Shown: positions 1 through 8,548 of the stretch, in pieces | Layout: each line of letters begins with the position of its first letter | Position numbering within the stretch: position 1 is the stretch's first letter | Source: an uncultured Coriobacteriaceae bacterium | Lineage (GTDB): Bacteria; Actinomycetota; Coriobacteriia; Coriobacteriales; UMGS124 | Assembly: GCA_964619775.1 (NCBI GenBank) | Contig: CAZUFB010000004.1 | Location: forward strand, 2,225-53,253 | Direction of reading: 5' to 3' | Length of the DNA: 51,029 nucleotides | Position numbers and translations under genes: made by a program | The notes under the pieces: model-generated | Told to the model about the DNA's origin: nothing | The model's database searches: none | What the model saw: the letters and a program-made list of their open reading frames with translations, nothing else

Positions 1-47
1 CGCCCATGGTAGCGCATCCCATGCCGGCCCGTCCCGACGCGGCGGGT

Positions 48-2150
48 CTACTTCTTCTTCTGCATCCTGCCGACGTCGGCCACATCGCGGAAGACGGCGA
101 CGAAGCGGTTGAGCAGGCGCAGGCGGTTCGCCCGCAGCGCGAGGTCGTCGTCCATCACCATGACGTTGGCGAAGAACGCGTCGATGGGGCCGCGCAGAGA
201 CGCGAGCTCCTGGACGGCGGCCGGGTAGCCGCCCTCGCCGGCCAGCGCCGCGGCGACGCGCCCGGCGGCGGCGTCGACGGCGTCGAGCAGCGCGCGCTCG
301 TCGGCGCCGAGCAGATTCCCGTCGACCCCGTCGCCCAAGGCGGGGTCGCGCAGGTTGTTGGCGCGGGCATAGGCGGCGGCGAGGTCGTCGAACAGTTCCC
401 GCGAGGTGGCGCGGGCGTCCTCGAGGGCGTGGGCTCGGGCGAGGAACTCGACCGGCTCCACGACGCCCACGGCCTTGACGGCCTCGACGGTGTCGGGGGC
501 GACGCCCTCGTCACGGGCCATGCTCGCAAGGCGTCCTGTGAAGAAGTCGAGCACCGCGGCCTCGACGGCGGCGCGGTCGAAGGCGATGCCCTGGTCGGCG
601 AGGCCGTCGAGCGAGGCACCGACGGACGAAGCGAGCGGGACCTGCGGCTCGGCGCGCACGATATTGATGACGCCGATGGCCGCGCGGCGCACCGCGAAGG
701 GGTCGGACGAGCCGGTGGGTGCCTCGCCGACCGCGAAGATGCCGCACACCGTGTCGAGCTTGTCGGCCAGCGCCACGATGCGGCCCACGGTCCCCGCGGG
801 CAGCTCGTCGCCGGCGAAGCGCGGACGGTAGTGCTGCGCGACGGCCTGGGCGACCTCGGGGTCTTCGCCGGCGGCCGTCGCGTAGTAACCCCCCATGACG
901 CCCTGCTGGCTCGTGAACTCCACGACGGCGCCCGTCACAAGGTCGGCCTTGGCCAGATGCGCCGCGCGGGCCACTTGGGCACAGACCCGCCCGTCGCAGC
1001 CCGAGGCGGCCGCCACCGACGAGGCGAGGGCCTCGACGCGGCGCGTCTTGTCGAGCATCGTGCCGAGCTTTTCCTGGAAGCCCACGCTGGCAAGCCGCTC
1101 GACGTAGGACTCGAGCGGATGCTTGAGGTCCTCCTCGTAGAAGAACTTGGCGTCGTAGAGGCGGGCGCGCACGACGCGCTCGTTGCCGTCGGCGATCGTG
1201 GCGCTGTACGCCGGGTCGCCGTTGGACACGAGCAGGAAATGGTTGGTCAGCGCGCCCGAGGCGTCGTAGAGCGGGAAGTAGCGTTGGTTGGAGAGCATCG
1301 ACTCGCAGATGATCTCGTGGGGGACGGCAAGGAACCCCTCGTCGAAGTCGGCCTCCACCACCGTCGGCCACTCGACGAGGTTCACGACCTCCTCGAAGAT
1401 GCGCTTGGGCGTATCGGCATGAAGCCCCTGCTCGTCTTCGACCCGCGCGATCCCCTCGCGGATGAGCCGGGCACGGCGCTCGCCGGAGACAACCACGTGG
1501 AGCGCCTCGAGGTCGGACAGGTAGCTTTGGGCGCTCGCGACGTCGCTGGCCTGCGGGTTCATGAGGCGATGGCCCCGCGTGGCGCGGCCGGCGACGAGGC
1601 CGCAGAACTCCACAGGCACCACCTCGTCGTCGAGCAGGCACACGAGCCAGCGCACCGGGCGCGAGAAGCGGGCCGTCCCGGTGCCCCAGCGCTGCGTGCG
1701 CAGGCCGGTGAGCCGGTCGTTGACCTTGCCGGCGGCCTGCGCGAGCACCTCGCGCACGACCTCGGCGGCCGGGCGGGCGGGCGTCGAGACGTCGACCCAC
1801 ACGTAGTCCCTGCCGTCCTGCTCGCGCACGACGAGCTGCGAGGCGTCCACGCCCTTGCCGCGCGCGAAGCCCTGCGCGGCCTTGGTGGGGTTGCCGTCGG
1901 CGTCGAAGGCCGTTGCGGCCGCAGGGCCGCGGAAGTGCTGCTCGACCGCCTCGGTCTGGGGCTCCAGGCCGTGGACGAGCGTCGCGATGCGACGCGGCGT
2001 GCCGATGCACTCGACCGAGGAGAAGCCCAGGTGCGCGGCGGACAGCCCCTCCTCCACGAGCGCGCGCATGGCGTCGAGCGACTTGGCGAGCGCCGCGGAG
2101 GGCAGCTCCTCGGTGCCGATCTCGAAGACGAGCTCCTTGGTGTTGGCCAT
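48..2150 (-). CDS. glyS: glycyl-tRNA synthetase beta subunit
   Basis: 700-aa ORF starting MANTKELVFEIGTEELPS, with the length and N-terminal motif of bacterial two-subunit GlyRS beta. Its start directly abuts the glyQ stop. Confidence 0.95.
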   Translation of the reverse strand: MANTKELVFEIGTEELPSAALAKSLDAMRALVEEGLSAAHLGFSSVECIGTPRRIATLVHGLEPQTEAVEQHFRGPAAATAFDADGNPTKAAQGFARGKGVDASQLVVREQDGRDYVWVDVSTPARPAAEVVREVLAQAAGKVNDRLTGLRTQRWGTGTARFSRPVRWLVCLLDDEVVPVEFCGLVAGRATRGHRLMNPQASDVASAQSYLSDLEALHVVVSGERRARLIREGIARVEDEQGLHADTPKRIFEEVVNLVEWPTVVEADFDEGFLAVPHEIICESMLSNQRYFPLYDASGALTNHFLLVSNGDPAYSATIADGNERVVRARLYDAKFFYEEDLKHPLESYVERLASVGFQEKLGTMLDKTRRVEALASSVAAASGCDGRVCAQVARAAHLAKADLVTGAVVEFTSQQGVMGGYYATAAGEDPEVAQAVAQHYRPRFAGDELPAGTVGRIVALADKLDTVCGIFAVGEAPTGSSDPFAVRRAAIGVINIVRAEPQVPLASSVGASLDGLADQGIAFDRAAVEAAVLDFFTGRLASMARDEGVAPDTVEAVKAVGVVEPVEFLARAHALEDARATSRELFDDLAAAYARANNLRDPALGDGVDGNLLGADERALLDAVDAAAGRVAAALAGEGGYPAAVQELASLRGPIDAFFANVMVMDDDLALRANRLRLLNRFVAVFRDVADVGRMQKKK

Positions 2151-3065
<915 letters not shown>

Positions 3066-3095
3066 ACCTTTCTCGTTGTGTGCGGCCCCGCGCCG

Positions 3096-3830
3096 CTAGT
3101 CGAGCGGTCCGATGGCGAGGGTCAGCGGGTGCGCCTCGAACGTGAACCAGCCGAGGTCGACCTCGTAGGTCTCGAGCGCGTAGAAGATGGGCCAGTAGCG
3201 GAAGACCGCCCGCCCGGTGATGTTCTCCACCGACACCGCGCCGAAGACGCGCGAGTCGGAGGAGTTGGTGCGGTTGTCGCCCATCGCGAAGAAGCAGCCC
3301 TCGGGAACCGTGTAGGGGTAGATGATGTCGGTAAGCTGGGTGGTGCCGTTGCACTTCATCGCATAGGTGGGCTTGCCCTCGGTGTAGGGCTCGTCGAGCG
3401 CCACGCCGTCGACGTAGACGACGCCGTCGCGCAGGTCGATGGTCTGCCCCTCGATGGCGATGACGCGCTTGATAAGCGTCTCGGAGGAGTCTGCCGGGTT
3501 GATGAAGGTCACGATGTCGCCGGGCTCGGGCATCGAGCTGAAGGCGACGGTGATCTTCTCGGCGAACACGCGGTCGCCCACCTGGATGGTCTCCTCCATC
3601 GAGCCGGAGGGGATCTCGAAGGGCTCGATGACGAAGTGGCGCAGCAGCAGGATGGCCGCGATCATGACGGCGAAGGCGACGACGAACTCGGCGACGCCGC
3701 GCCACCAGGGCTCGCGCTCCCCCTCGACGGCCGCTGCGGCCTGCGCCTGCCCGCCCTCGCCCAGCTCGGAGGCGTCGGCCGGGCACGCCTCTCCGTCGAC
3801 CTCGTCGTATCTGTCGATATCCAGCGCCAC
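3096..3830 (-). CDS. lepB: signal peptidase I
   Basis: One TM helix, then the catalytic-Ser box IPSGSMEETI, then GDNRTNSSDSR. I prefer the GTG at 3830, preceded by GGGAGG. The ORF stays open to 3953, so the start is uncertain. Confidence 0.85.
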   Translation of the reverse strand: MALDIDRYDEVDGEACPADASELGEGGQAQAAAAVEGEREPWWRGVAEFVVAFAVMIAAILLLRHFVIEPFEIPSGSMEETIQVGDRVFAEKITVAFSSMPEPGDIVTFINPADSSETLIKRVIAIEGQTIDLRDGVVYVDGVALDEPYTEGKPTYAMKCNGTTQLTDIIYPYTVPEGCFFAMGDNRTNSSDSRVFGAVSVENITGRAVFRYWPIFYALETYEVDLGWFTFEAHPLTLAIGPLD

Positions 3831-3907
3831 GGTGCCTCCCTGATGGCCGTCGTTGTCCGGTTGCGGGCCGCCTGGGCCTGGGGCGCGGGCGGCGGGTCCG
3901 TACATTC

Positions 3908-4007
3908 TAGTACCGAACGGGCCGGGCGCGCACCGCACCCGGCCCGGCAACAAATAATACCCGCCACCCCCGCGGCGAGGCGCGCGGCTGTATTGCGGAC
4001 TGCCCTA
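3908..4007 (-). repeat. TA-flanked inverted-repeat element, diverged copy (forward orientation on minus strand)
   Basis: On the minus strand it begins TAGGGCAGTCCGCA, 13/14 identical to the 5' end of the 50646 copy. It is ~100 nt long, starts with TA and ends with TA. It contains a 9-bp GC hairpin (3918-3926 / 3938-3946) followed by TTCGG. The interior is poorly alignable to the other copies. Confidence 0.5.
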
Positions 4008-4793
4008 GCGCAGCTCCGGGAAGACCGCCGGGGCCGCCGCTTCGGGGTCCTCGCCTGCGGCGAGGCGCGCCAGCAGCTCCTCGGCGCGCGAGCGCTCCTG
4101 GGGGGTCAGGCGGGCGCGGGCGACGAGGTCGGGCCTCAGCGCGCAGGTCCGCGCGATCGCGTCGGCCCGGCGCCAGCGGTCCACCCGGCCGTGGTCGCCC
4201 GAAAGCAGCACGGCGGGCACCCCCAGCCCCCCCGCCAGCGGCGGGCGGGTGTACTGGGCGTACTCGAGCAGCCCGTCGGAGAACGACTCGTCGAGCGCGC
4301 TCTGTTCGTCGCCCAGCGCCCCGGGCAGCAGCCGCACCACGGCGTCGGCCACCACGAGGGCCGCCAGCTCGCCGCCGGTGAGCACGTAGTCTCCCAGGGA
4401 GATGCAGCGCGTGGCGCGGGAGTAGACCCGCTCGTCCATGCCCTCGTAGTGGCCGCAGACAAACAGGATGCGCTCTTCGCGCGCAAGCTCCTCGGCGAGC
4501 GCCTGGGTGAACGGTTCGCCGGCGGGCGTGAAGAACACCGTGCAGGCAGGGTCGTCAGGCGGGCACAGCTCGTCGAGCGCCTCGAAGAACGGCGTGCACT
4601 TCATGAGCATGCCCTGTCCGCCGCCGTAGGGCGCGTCGTCGACGGTACGGTGCCGGTCGTGCGTCCAGTCGCGCAGGTCGTGCGCCTTGAACGAGAACAC
4701 CCCCGCGCGCCGGGCACGCCCCATGATCGACAGCGACATGACAGGTTCGAACATGTCGGGGAAGACGCCGAGCGTCTCGATGCGCAAGGTCAC
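4005..4793 (-). CDS. trmD: tRNA (guanine37-N1)-methyltransferase
   Basis: LRIETLGVFPDMFEP...DDAPYGGGQGMLMK are TrmD motifs. The GTG start at 4793 overlaps the rimM stop as GTGA. The track ORF extends upstream into rimM, which is an artefact. Confidence 0.9.
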   Translation of the reverse strand: MTLRIETLGVFPDMFEPVMSLSIMGRARRAGVFSFKAHDLRDWTHDRHRTVDDAPYGGGQGMLMKCTPFFEALDELCPPDDPACTVFFTPAGEPFTQALAEELAREERILFVCGHYEGMDERVYSRATRCISLGDYVLTGGELAALVVADAVVRLLPGALGDEQSALDESFSDGLLEYAQYTRPPLAGGLGVPAVLLSGDHGRVDRWRRADAIARTCALRPDLVARARLTPQERSRAEELLARLAAGEDPEAAAPAVFPELR

Positions 4794-5329
4794 GCCCCCA
4801 CCTCCGGCAGCAGGCCCTCCAGCAGGTGCACGAGCACGGGCTCGCCGGGCCCCTCGGGAATCCGGACCGCCACGTCGTCGATGATGGGGACGAGCACCTC
4901 GCCGAAGGGGCCGCCGTCCACGCGCCACACGTCGTTGGCGGGCAACCGCATAAGCTCGCGGATGATTCCCACCGACCCGCGCTCGTCGTCGACGAGCTCG
5001 CAGCCCACACAGTCGAGGACGGCGCGTTCCTGCGCCGCCTCGGGGACGTCGTCGCGCCCGACCAGCACGAGTTTGCCGACGAGAGGCTCCGCCTCGGCCA
5101 GCCCGCCAACACCGGAGAAGGCGACCAGCGGGGACTCTCCCACCCCGACGCGCTCCACGGTGTGCCAGCGATCCCCGCGCAGCGGCGGCGGTGTCAGGCA
5201 GACGCGCATGCCCTCCTCAAGACAAAAGGGGAGGCCGTCGAGCGCAACGACGACAACCTCCCCTTTCCTACCATGCGTTCGAGCGATGCGCGCGACGTTG
5301 ATATAAGGCGTCACGCTCTGCTGAACCAT
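4790..5329 (-). CDS. rimM: 16S rRNA processing protein RimM
   Basis: 179 aa; the N-terminus ...INVARIARTHGRKGEVVV matches the RimM G.kGe.. motif. Canonical position between the KH protein and trmD. Confidence 0.9.
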   Translation of the reverse strand: MVQQSVTPYINVARIARTHGRKGEVVVVALDGLPFCLEEGMRVCLTPPPLRGDRWHTVERVGVGESPLVAFSGVGGLAEAEPLVGKLVLVGRDDVPEAAQERAVLDCVGCELVDDERGSVGIIRELMRLPANDVWRVDGGPFGEVLVPIIDDVAVRIPEGPGEPVLVHLLEGLLPEVGA

Positions 5330-5333
5330 ACCT

Positions 5334-5624
5334 CTACCCTATGACCTCGACGTCGGCGACGAGCTCGTCACGCGCCGCACAGGCACGGGCGAGCGTGCGC
5401 ACAGCCTTGATGACGCGACCGTGACGCCCGATGACCTTGCCGACGTCCCGGGAGTCGACGTGGACCTCGACAAGCGTGGTCCCCTCGCCATCCGTCACAT
5501 CGATGGCGACCGCCTCGGGATTGTCGACGAGCGACGTCACGAGGTACTCGACCAGATCGGCGACGTTGTCGCTGGGAAGCCGCTCCTCGAGCGCCTCGGG
5601 CTCGATCCCCTCGGGCTCGGTCAT
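5334..5624 (-). CDS. KH-domain RNA-binding protein (YlqC-like)
   Basis: 96 aa with the VGKVIGRHGRVIKAVRTLA GXXG KH motif. Conserved position between rpsP and rimM. Confidence 0.8.
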   Translation of the reverse strand: MTEPEGIEPEALEERLPSDNVADLVEYLVTSLVDNPEAVAIDVTDGEGTTLVEVHVDSRDVGKVIGRHGRVIKAVRTLARACAARDELVADVEVIG

Positions 5625-5944
5625 TACTCGGCGGCCTCAGCGGCAGCGGCGGCCTTGGCAGCAGCCTTCTTGCTGAGCTTCTGCTTGGGCTCGGCGGCCG
5701 GACGGGGGTTCTTCACCGAGTCGATGAGGCGGGCGACGGTATCGGTGGGCTGGGCACCCTTCTTGATCCAAGCGTCGACCTTCTCCATGTCCATCGACAC
5801 GAACACCGGGTCGACCATCGGGTTATAGCGGCCGACTTCCTCGACGTTGCGACCATCGCGCGGGCTACGCGAGTCGGCGACGATGATGCGGTAGTAGGGG
5901 TTCTTCTTCGAACCGTGACGAGCGAGACGAATCTTGACAGCCAA
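5624..5944 (-). CDS. rpsP: 30S ribosomal protein S16
   Basis: [31 protein letters not shown] is the S16 signature. TTG start at 5944 lies 6 nt after GAGGAG. The upstream part of the track ORF is non-coding. Confidence 0.9.
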   Translation of the reverse strand: MAVKIRLARHGSKKNPYYRIIVADSRSPRDGRNVEEVGRYNPMVDPVFVSMDMEKVDAWIKKGAQPTDTVARLIDSVKNPRPAAEPKQKLSKKAAAKAAAAAEAAE

Positions 5945-6250
5945 TGAAAGCTCCTCAGTACTAGCGGCCCTGCGGCCACATGTCCACACATAGCAGCAGT
6001 GCATTTTACGACAACTCGCGGGACACGGGAAGGGTGTTTTGTCCGTGCCCACCCTATCCACAATCGCACCGCGCCCAGCCTCCACACAACGGACACACCG
6101 TGTGGGGCTACCGTGACCGTTCGGGCACCGAGGGCGCGGTCTGCCGGAATTTCAGAAACGGTTCAGCATGATACCGTACCATCCCTTCAAATCTTCAAAG
6201 AAACGCCGCCGTTGCCGACACGGCCGGCAACCCGACCCGAAGGGGACGCG

Positions 6251-6937
6251 ATGAACATACTGGTAGTCGAGGACGAACCGAACCTGGCCGACGCGCTGGC
6301 CCACATCCTGCGGGAGAACCGTTGGAACGTCGACGTCGTCGACAACGGCAAGGACGGTCTCGCCTATGCGGAAAGCGGCATGTACGCCGCCGTCGTGCTC
6401 GACATCATGCTCCCCCAGCTCGACGGCTTCGAGGTGTGCCGGCGGCTGCGCGAGGAAGGCGTCTCCACGCCCGTGCTCATGCTCACCGCGCGCTCCGAGA
6501 CCAAGAGCAAGGTCCAGGGCCTCGACGCCGGGGCCGACGACTACCTCACCAAGCCGTTCGACCCCGAGGAGCTGCTTGCGCGCCTGCGCGCCCTCACCCG
6601 TCGCACCGGCGAGGTGGTGCTCGACACGCTTACCTTCGGCGACCTGACGCTCAACCTGGTCGACATGACCCTCACCTGCTCGGGCGAGCGCAGCGTGCGG
6701 CTCTCGCAGCGCGAAAGCGCGGTGCTCGAGCTGCTCATGCGCGCGCCGCAGACGGTCTTCAGCAAGTCGACCCTGCTCACGCGCGTGTGGGGCACCGGCG
6801 GGGAGGCCGGCCTCAACAACGTCGAGGCGTACATCTCGTTCCTGCGGAAAAAGCTTGCGTTTTTGGAATCGCGTGTCACTATTAGCACCATACGCATGCT
6901 CGGCTACCGCCTCGACGACACCGAGGCGGCATCCTAG
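6251..6937 (+). CDS. OmpR/PhoB-family response regulator
   Basis: MNILVVEDEPNLADAL receiver domain with the DIMLP phospho-Asp context, plus a C-terminal winged helix (..VEAYISFLRKKL..GYRL). Confidence 0.9.
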   Translation: MNILVVEDEPNLADALAHILRENRWNVDVVDNGKDGLAYAESGMYAAVVLDIMLPQLDGFEVCRRLREEGVSTPVLMLTARSETKSKVQGLDAGADDYLTKPFDPEELLARLRALTRRTGEVVLDTLTFGDLTLNLVDMTLTCSGERSVRLSQRESAVLELLMRAPQTVFSKSTLLTRVWGTGGEAGLNNVEAYISFLRKKLAFLESRVTISTIRMLGYRLDDTEAAS

Positions 6938-7038
6938 GGCACCCCGCAAAACGCCGCGCCTCCGTTGGGCCCGGGCCCGCACCCCCCTGTGCGAAGAACC
7001 CCCGCACACCCCGCGCGGCAGCTTCACGGATTGCCCTA
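6935..7038 (-). repeat. TA-flanked inverted-repeat element, copy in reverse orientation
   Basis: The reverse complement begins TAGGGCAATCC, identical over 11 nt to the 8342 copy. It shares ..CAACGGAGGCGCGGCGTTTTGCGG.. and ends GCCCTA. It fills the RR-HK spacer, and its CCTAGG end contains the RR stop codon. Confidence 0.65.
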
Positions 7039-7090
7039 ACCGCTGTTCCGGCGCGGCCTGCGCCCCGGACCGGCCCGCAGGGAGGCGACC

Positions 7091-8344
7091 GTGCTCAAGA
7101 AGCTCAGGTTCAAGATCGTCGCCATCATCATGGCGATATGCGCGGCCATGCTCGCCTGCGCGTTCGTCGCCATCATGGCCGTCACCTCGTCGAGCGTCCA
7201 GGCCCCTTTGCTACGTGAGCTCAAAAGGGCCGTGGAATGGGGTCCCGAGCAGGAGATAACGGTCGTCATCGGCCGTCACGACGGACCCGACCCGTCCTCG
7301 GAGAGCTCCGACGGATCGGTGCCGGTGGCCGTGGTGGCCGTGGTGGACGGCACCTTGGTCTCCTACAACGACGACTTCCTTACGAGCATGGACGAGACCG
7401 TGCGCACGCTGGCGGTCTCCGAGGCCCTGTCCGCCGAGGCCGACGAGGGCCTGCTGTGGGACATCGGGGTGTTCTTCCTGCGCGACGTGGGGGCCAACAG
7501 CGTGGTGCTCGCGTTCGTAGACGCCAGCGCCTACCTCGCCACGATGCGCAGCACCGCCCTGGGCACCTCCGCCGTGCTGCTGGCCGCCCTGCTGGTGTTG
7601 TTTGTGCTGAGCATCTTCTTGGCCCGCGTCATCACGCGCCCCGTCAAGAAGGCCTGGGACACCCAGGCGCAGTTCATCGCAGACGCCTCCCACGAGCTGA
7701 AAACGCCCCTCACGGTGATCCTCGCCAACATCGACATTCTGCTTCGCAACGAGTCGGGCAGCCTGCGCGAGGAGCAGCGAAAGTGGATCGCGGGCATCGG
7801 CAGCGAGGCGCGGCGCATGAAGGGGCTCGTCGAGGAGATGCTCTTCCTTGCCCGCAACGAGGACGAGGACGCGGCGGCCCACCGCGACGGGGACCCCCCC
7901 GAATGCGACCTGTCGGCCCTCGTGCGCCAGGCCAGCCTCACCTTCGACGCCGTGGCTTTCGAGGCTCAGGTGGAGCTTGTCGACGACATCGAGGACGGGG
8001 TGCGCGTGCGCGGCAACCGCGAGCAGCTCGAACGGCTCGTAAAGTCGCTTATGGACAACGCGGTTAAGTACGCGGGGGCCGGCGGCCGCGTCAAGGTGTC
8101 GCTCGAACGCCGCAAAGGGAACCCCGTGCTGCGCGTGAACAACACCGGCGAGCCGATAGCCCCCGGGGACATCCCGCACGTCTTCGACCGCTTCTGGCGC
8201 AGCGACAAGGCCCGCGGCGGCGGGGCGACGGGGAGCTACGGCCTGGGGCTGGCGATTGCCAAGAGCATCGCCGAGGCGCAGGGCGCCCGCATCTCGGTGA
8301 CGAGCTCGCGCGAGGAGGGGACCACGTTCACGGTGGCGTTCTAG
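7091..8344 (+). CDS. sensor histidine kinase
   Basis: Two TM segments flank a ~130-aa extracytoplasmic region. HisKA box FIADASHELKTPLT, then HATPase N/G boxes (NAVKYA, GYGLGLAIAK). GTG start lies after GGAGG. Confidence 0.9.
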   Translation: MLKKLRFKIVAIIMAICAAMLACAFVAIMAVTSSSVQAPLLRELKRAVEWGPEQEITVVIGRHDGPDPSSESSDGSVPVAVVAVVDGTLVSYNDDFLTSMDETVRTLAVSEALSAEADEGLLWDIGVFFLRDVGANSVVLAFVDASAYLATMRSTALGTSAVLLAALLVLFVLSIFLARVITRPVKKAWDTQAQFIADASHELKTPLTVILANIDILLRNESGSLREEQRKWIAGIGSEARRMKGLVEEMLFLARNEDEDAAAHRDGDPPECDLSALVRQASLTFDAVAFEAQVELVDDIEDGVRVRGNREQLERLVKSLMDNAVKYAGAGGRVKVSLERRKGNPVLRVNNTGEPIAPGDIPHVFDRFWRSDKARGGGATGSYGLGLAIAKSIAEAQGARISVTSSREEGTTFTVAF

Positions 8345-8445
8345 GGCAATCCACGGAATTGCCGAGCGGGGCGCACGAGGGCGATGCGTACACGAGGTGC
8401 GTGAGCCCGAGCGCAACGAAGCTCGGCGTTTCTGCGGATCGCCTC
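8342..8445 (+). repeat. TA-flanked inverted-repeat element, forward copy
   Basis: About 77% identical by hand alignment to 50646-50751. Its first three nt are the HK stop codon. It contains hairpins 8345-8363, 8371-8402 and 8407-8426, the last followed by CGTTTCTG. Confidence 0.8.
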
Positions 8446-8501
8446 GGCGGCTGCCGTCGCAGGATTTGAGGCATGTCCTGCGCACAAAAGTCGCAGCGAC
8501 A

Positions 8502-8515
8502 CGCACATCTGTTCG
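8502..8515 (+). promoter_or_regulatory. candidate LexA (Cheo-type) SOS box upstream of dinB
   Basis: CGCACATCTGTTCG versus the Gram-positive consensus CGAAC-N4-GTTCG (one mismatch). It lies 34 nt upstream of the dinB ATG. A TATACT -10-like hexamer at 8536-8541 ends only 7 nt before the ATG, suggesting a leaderless transcript. Confidence 0.35.
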
Positions 8516-8548
8516 CGTTTTTGCCCGCAAGGGCGTATACTCGCACGC

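Noticed and set aside
3066-3095. A T-box leader upstream of glyQS, as in Bacillus.
   Set aside because: Only 30 nt separate the lepB stop from the glyQ start. That leaves no room for a ~200-nt T-box and no specifier or T-box sequence.
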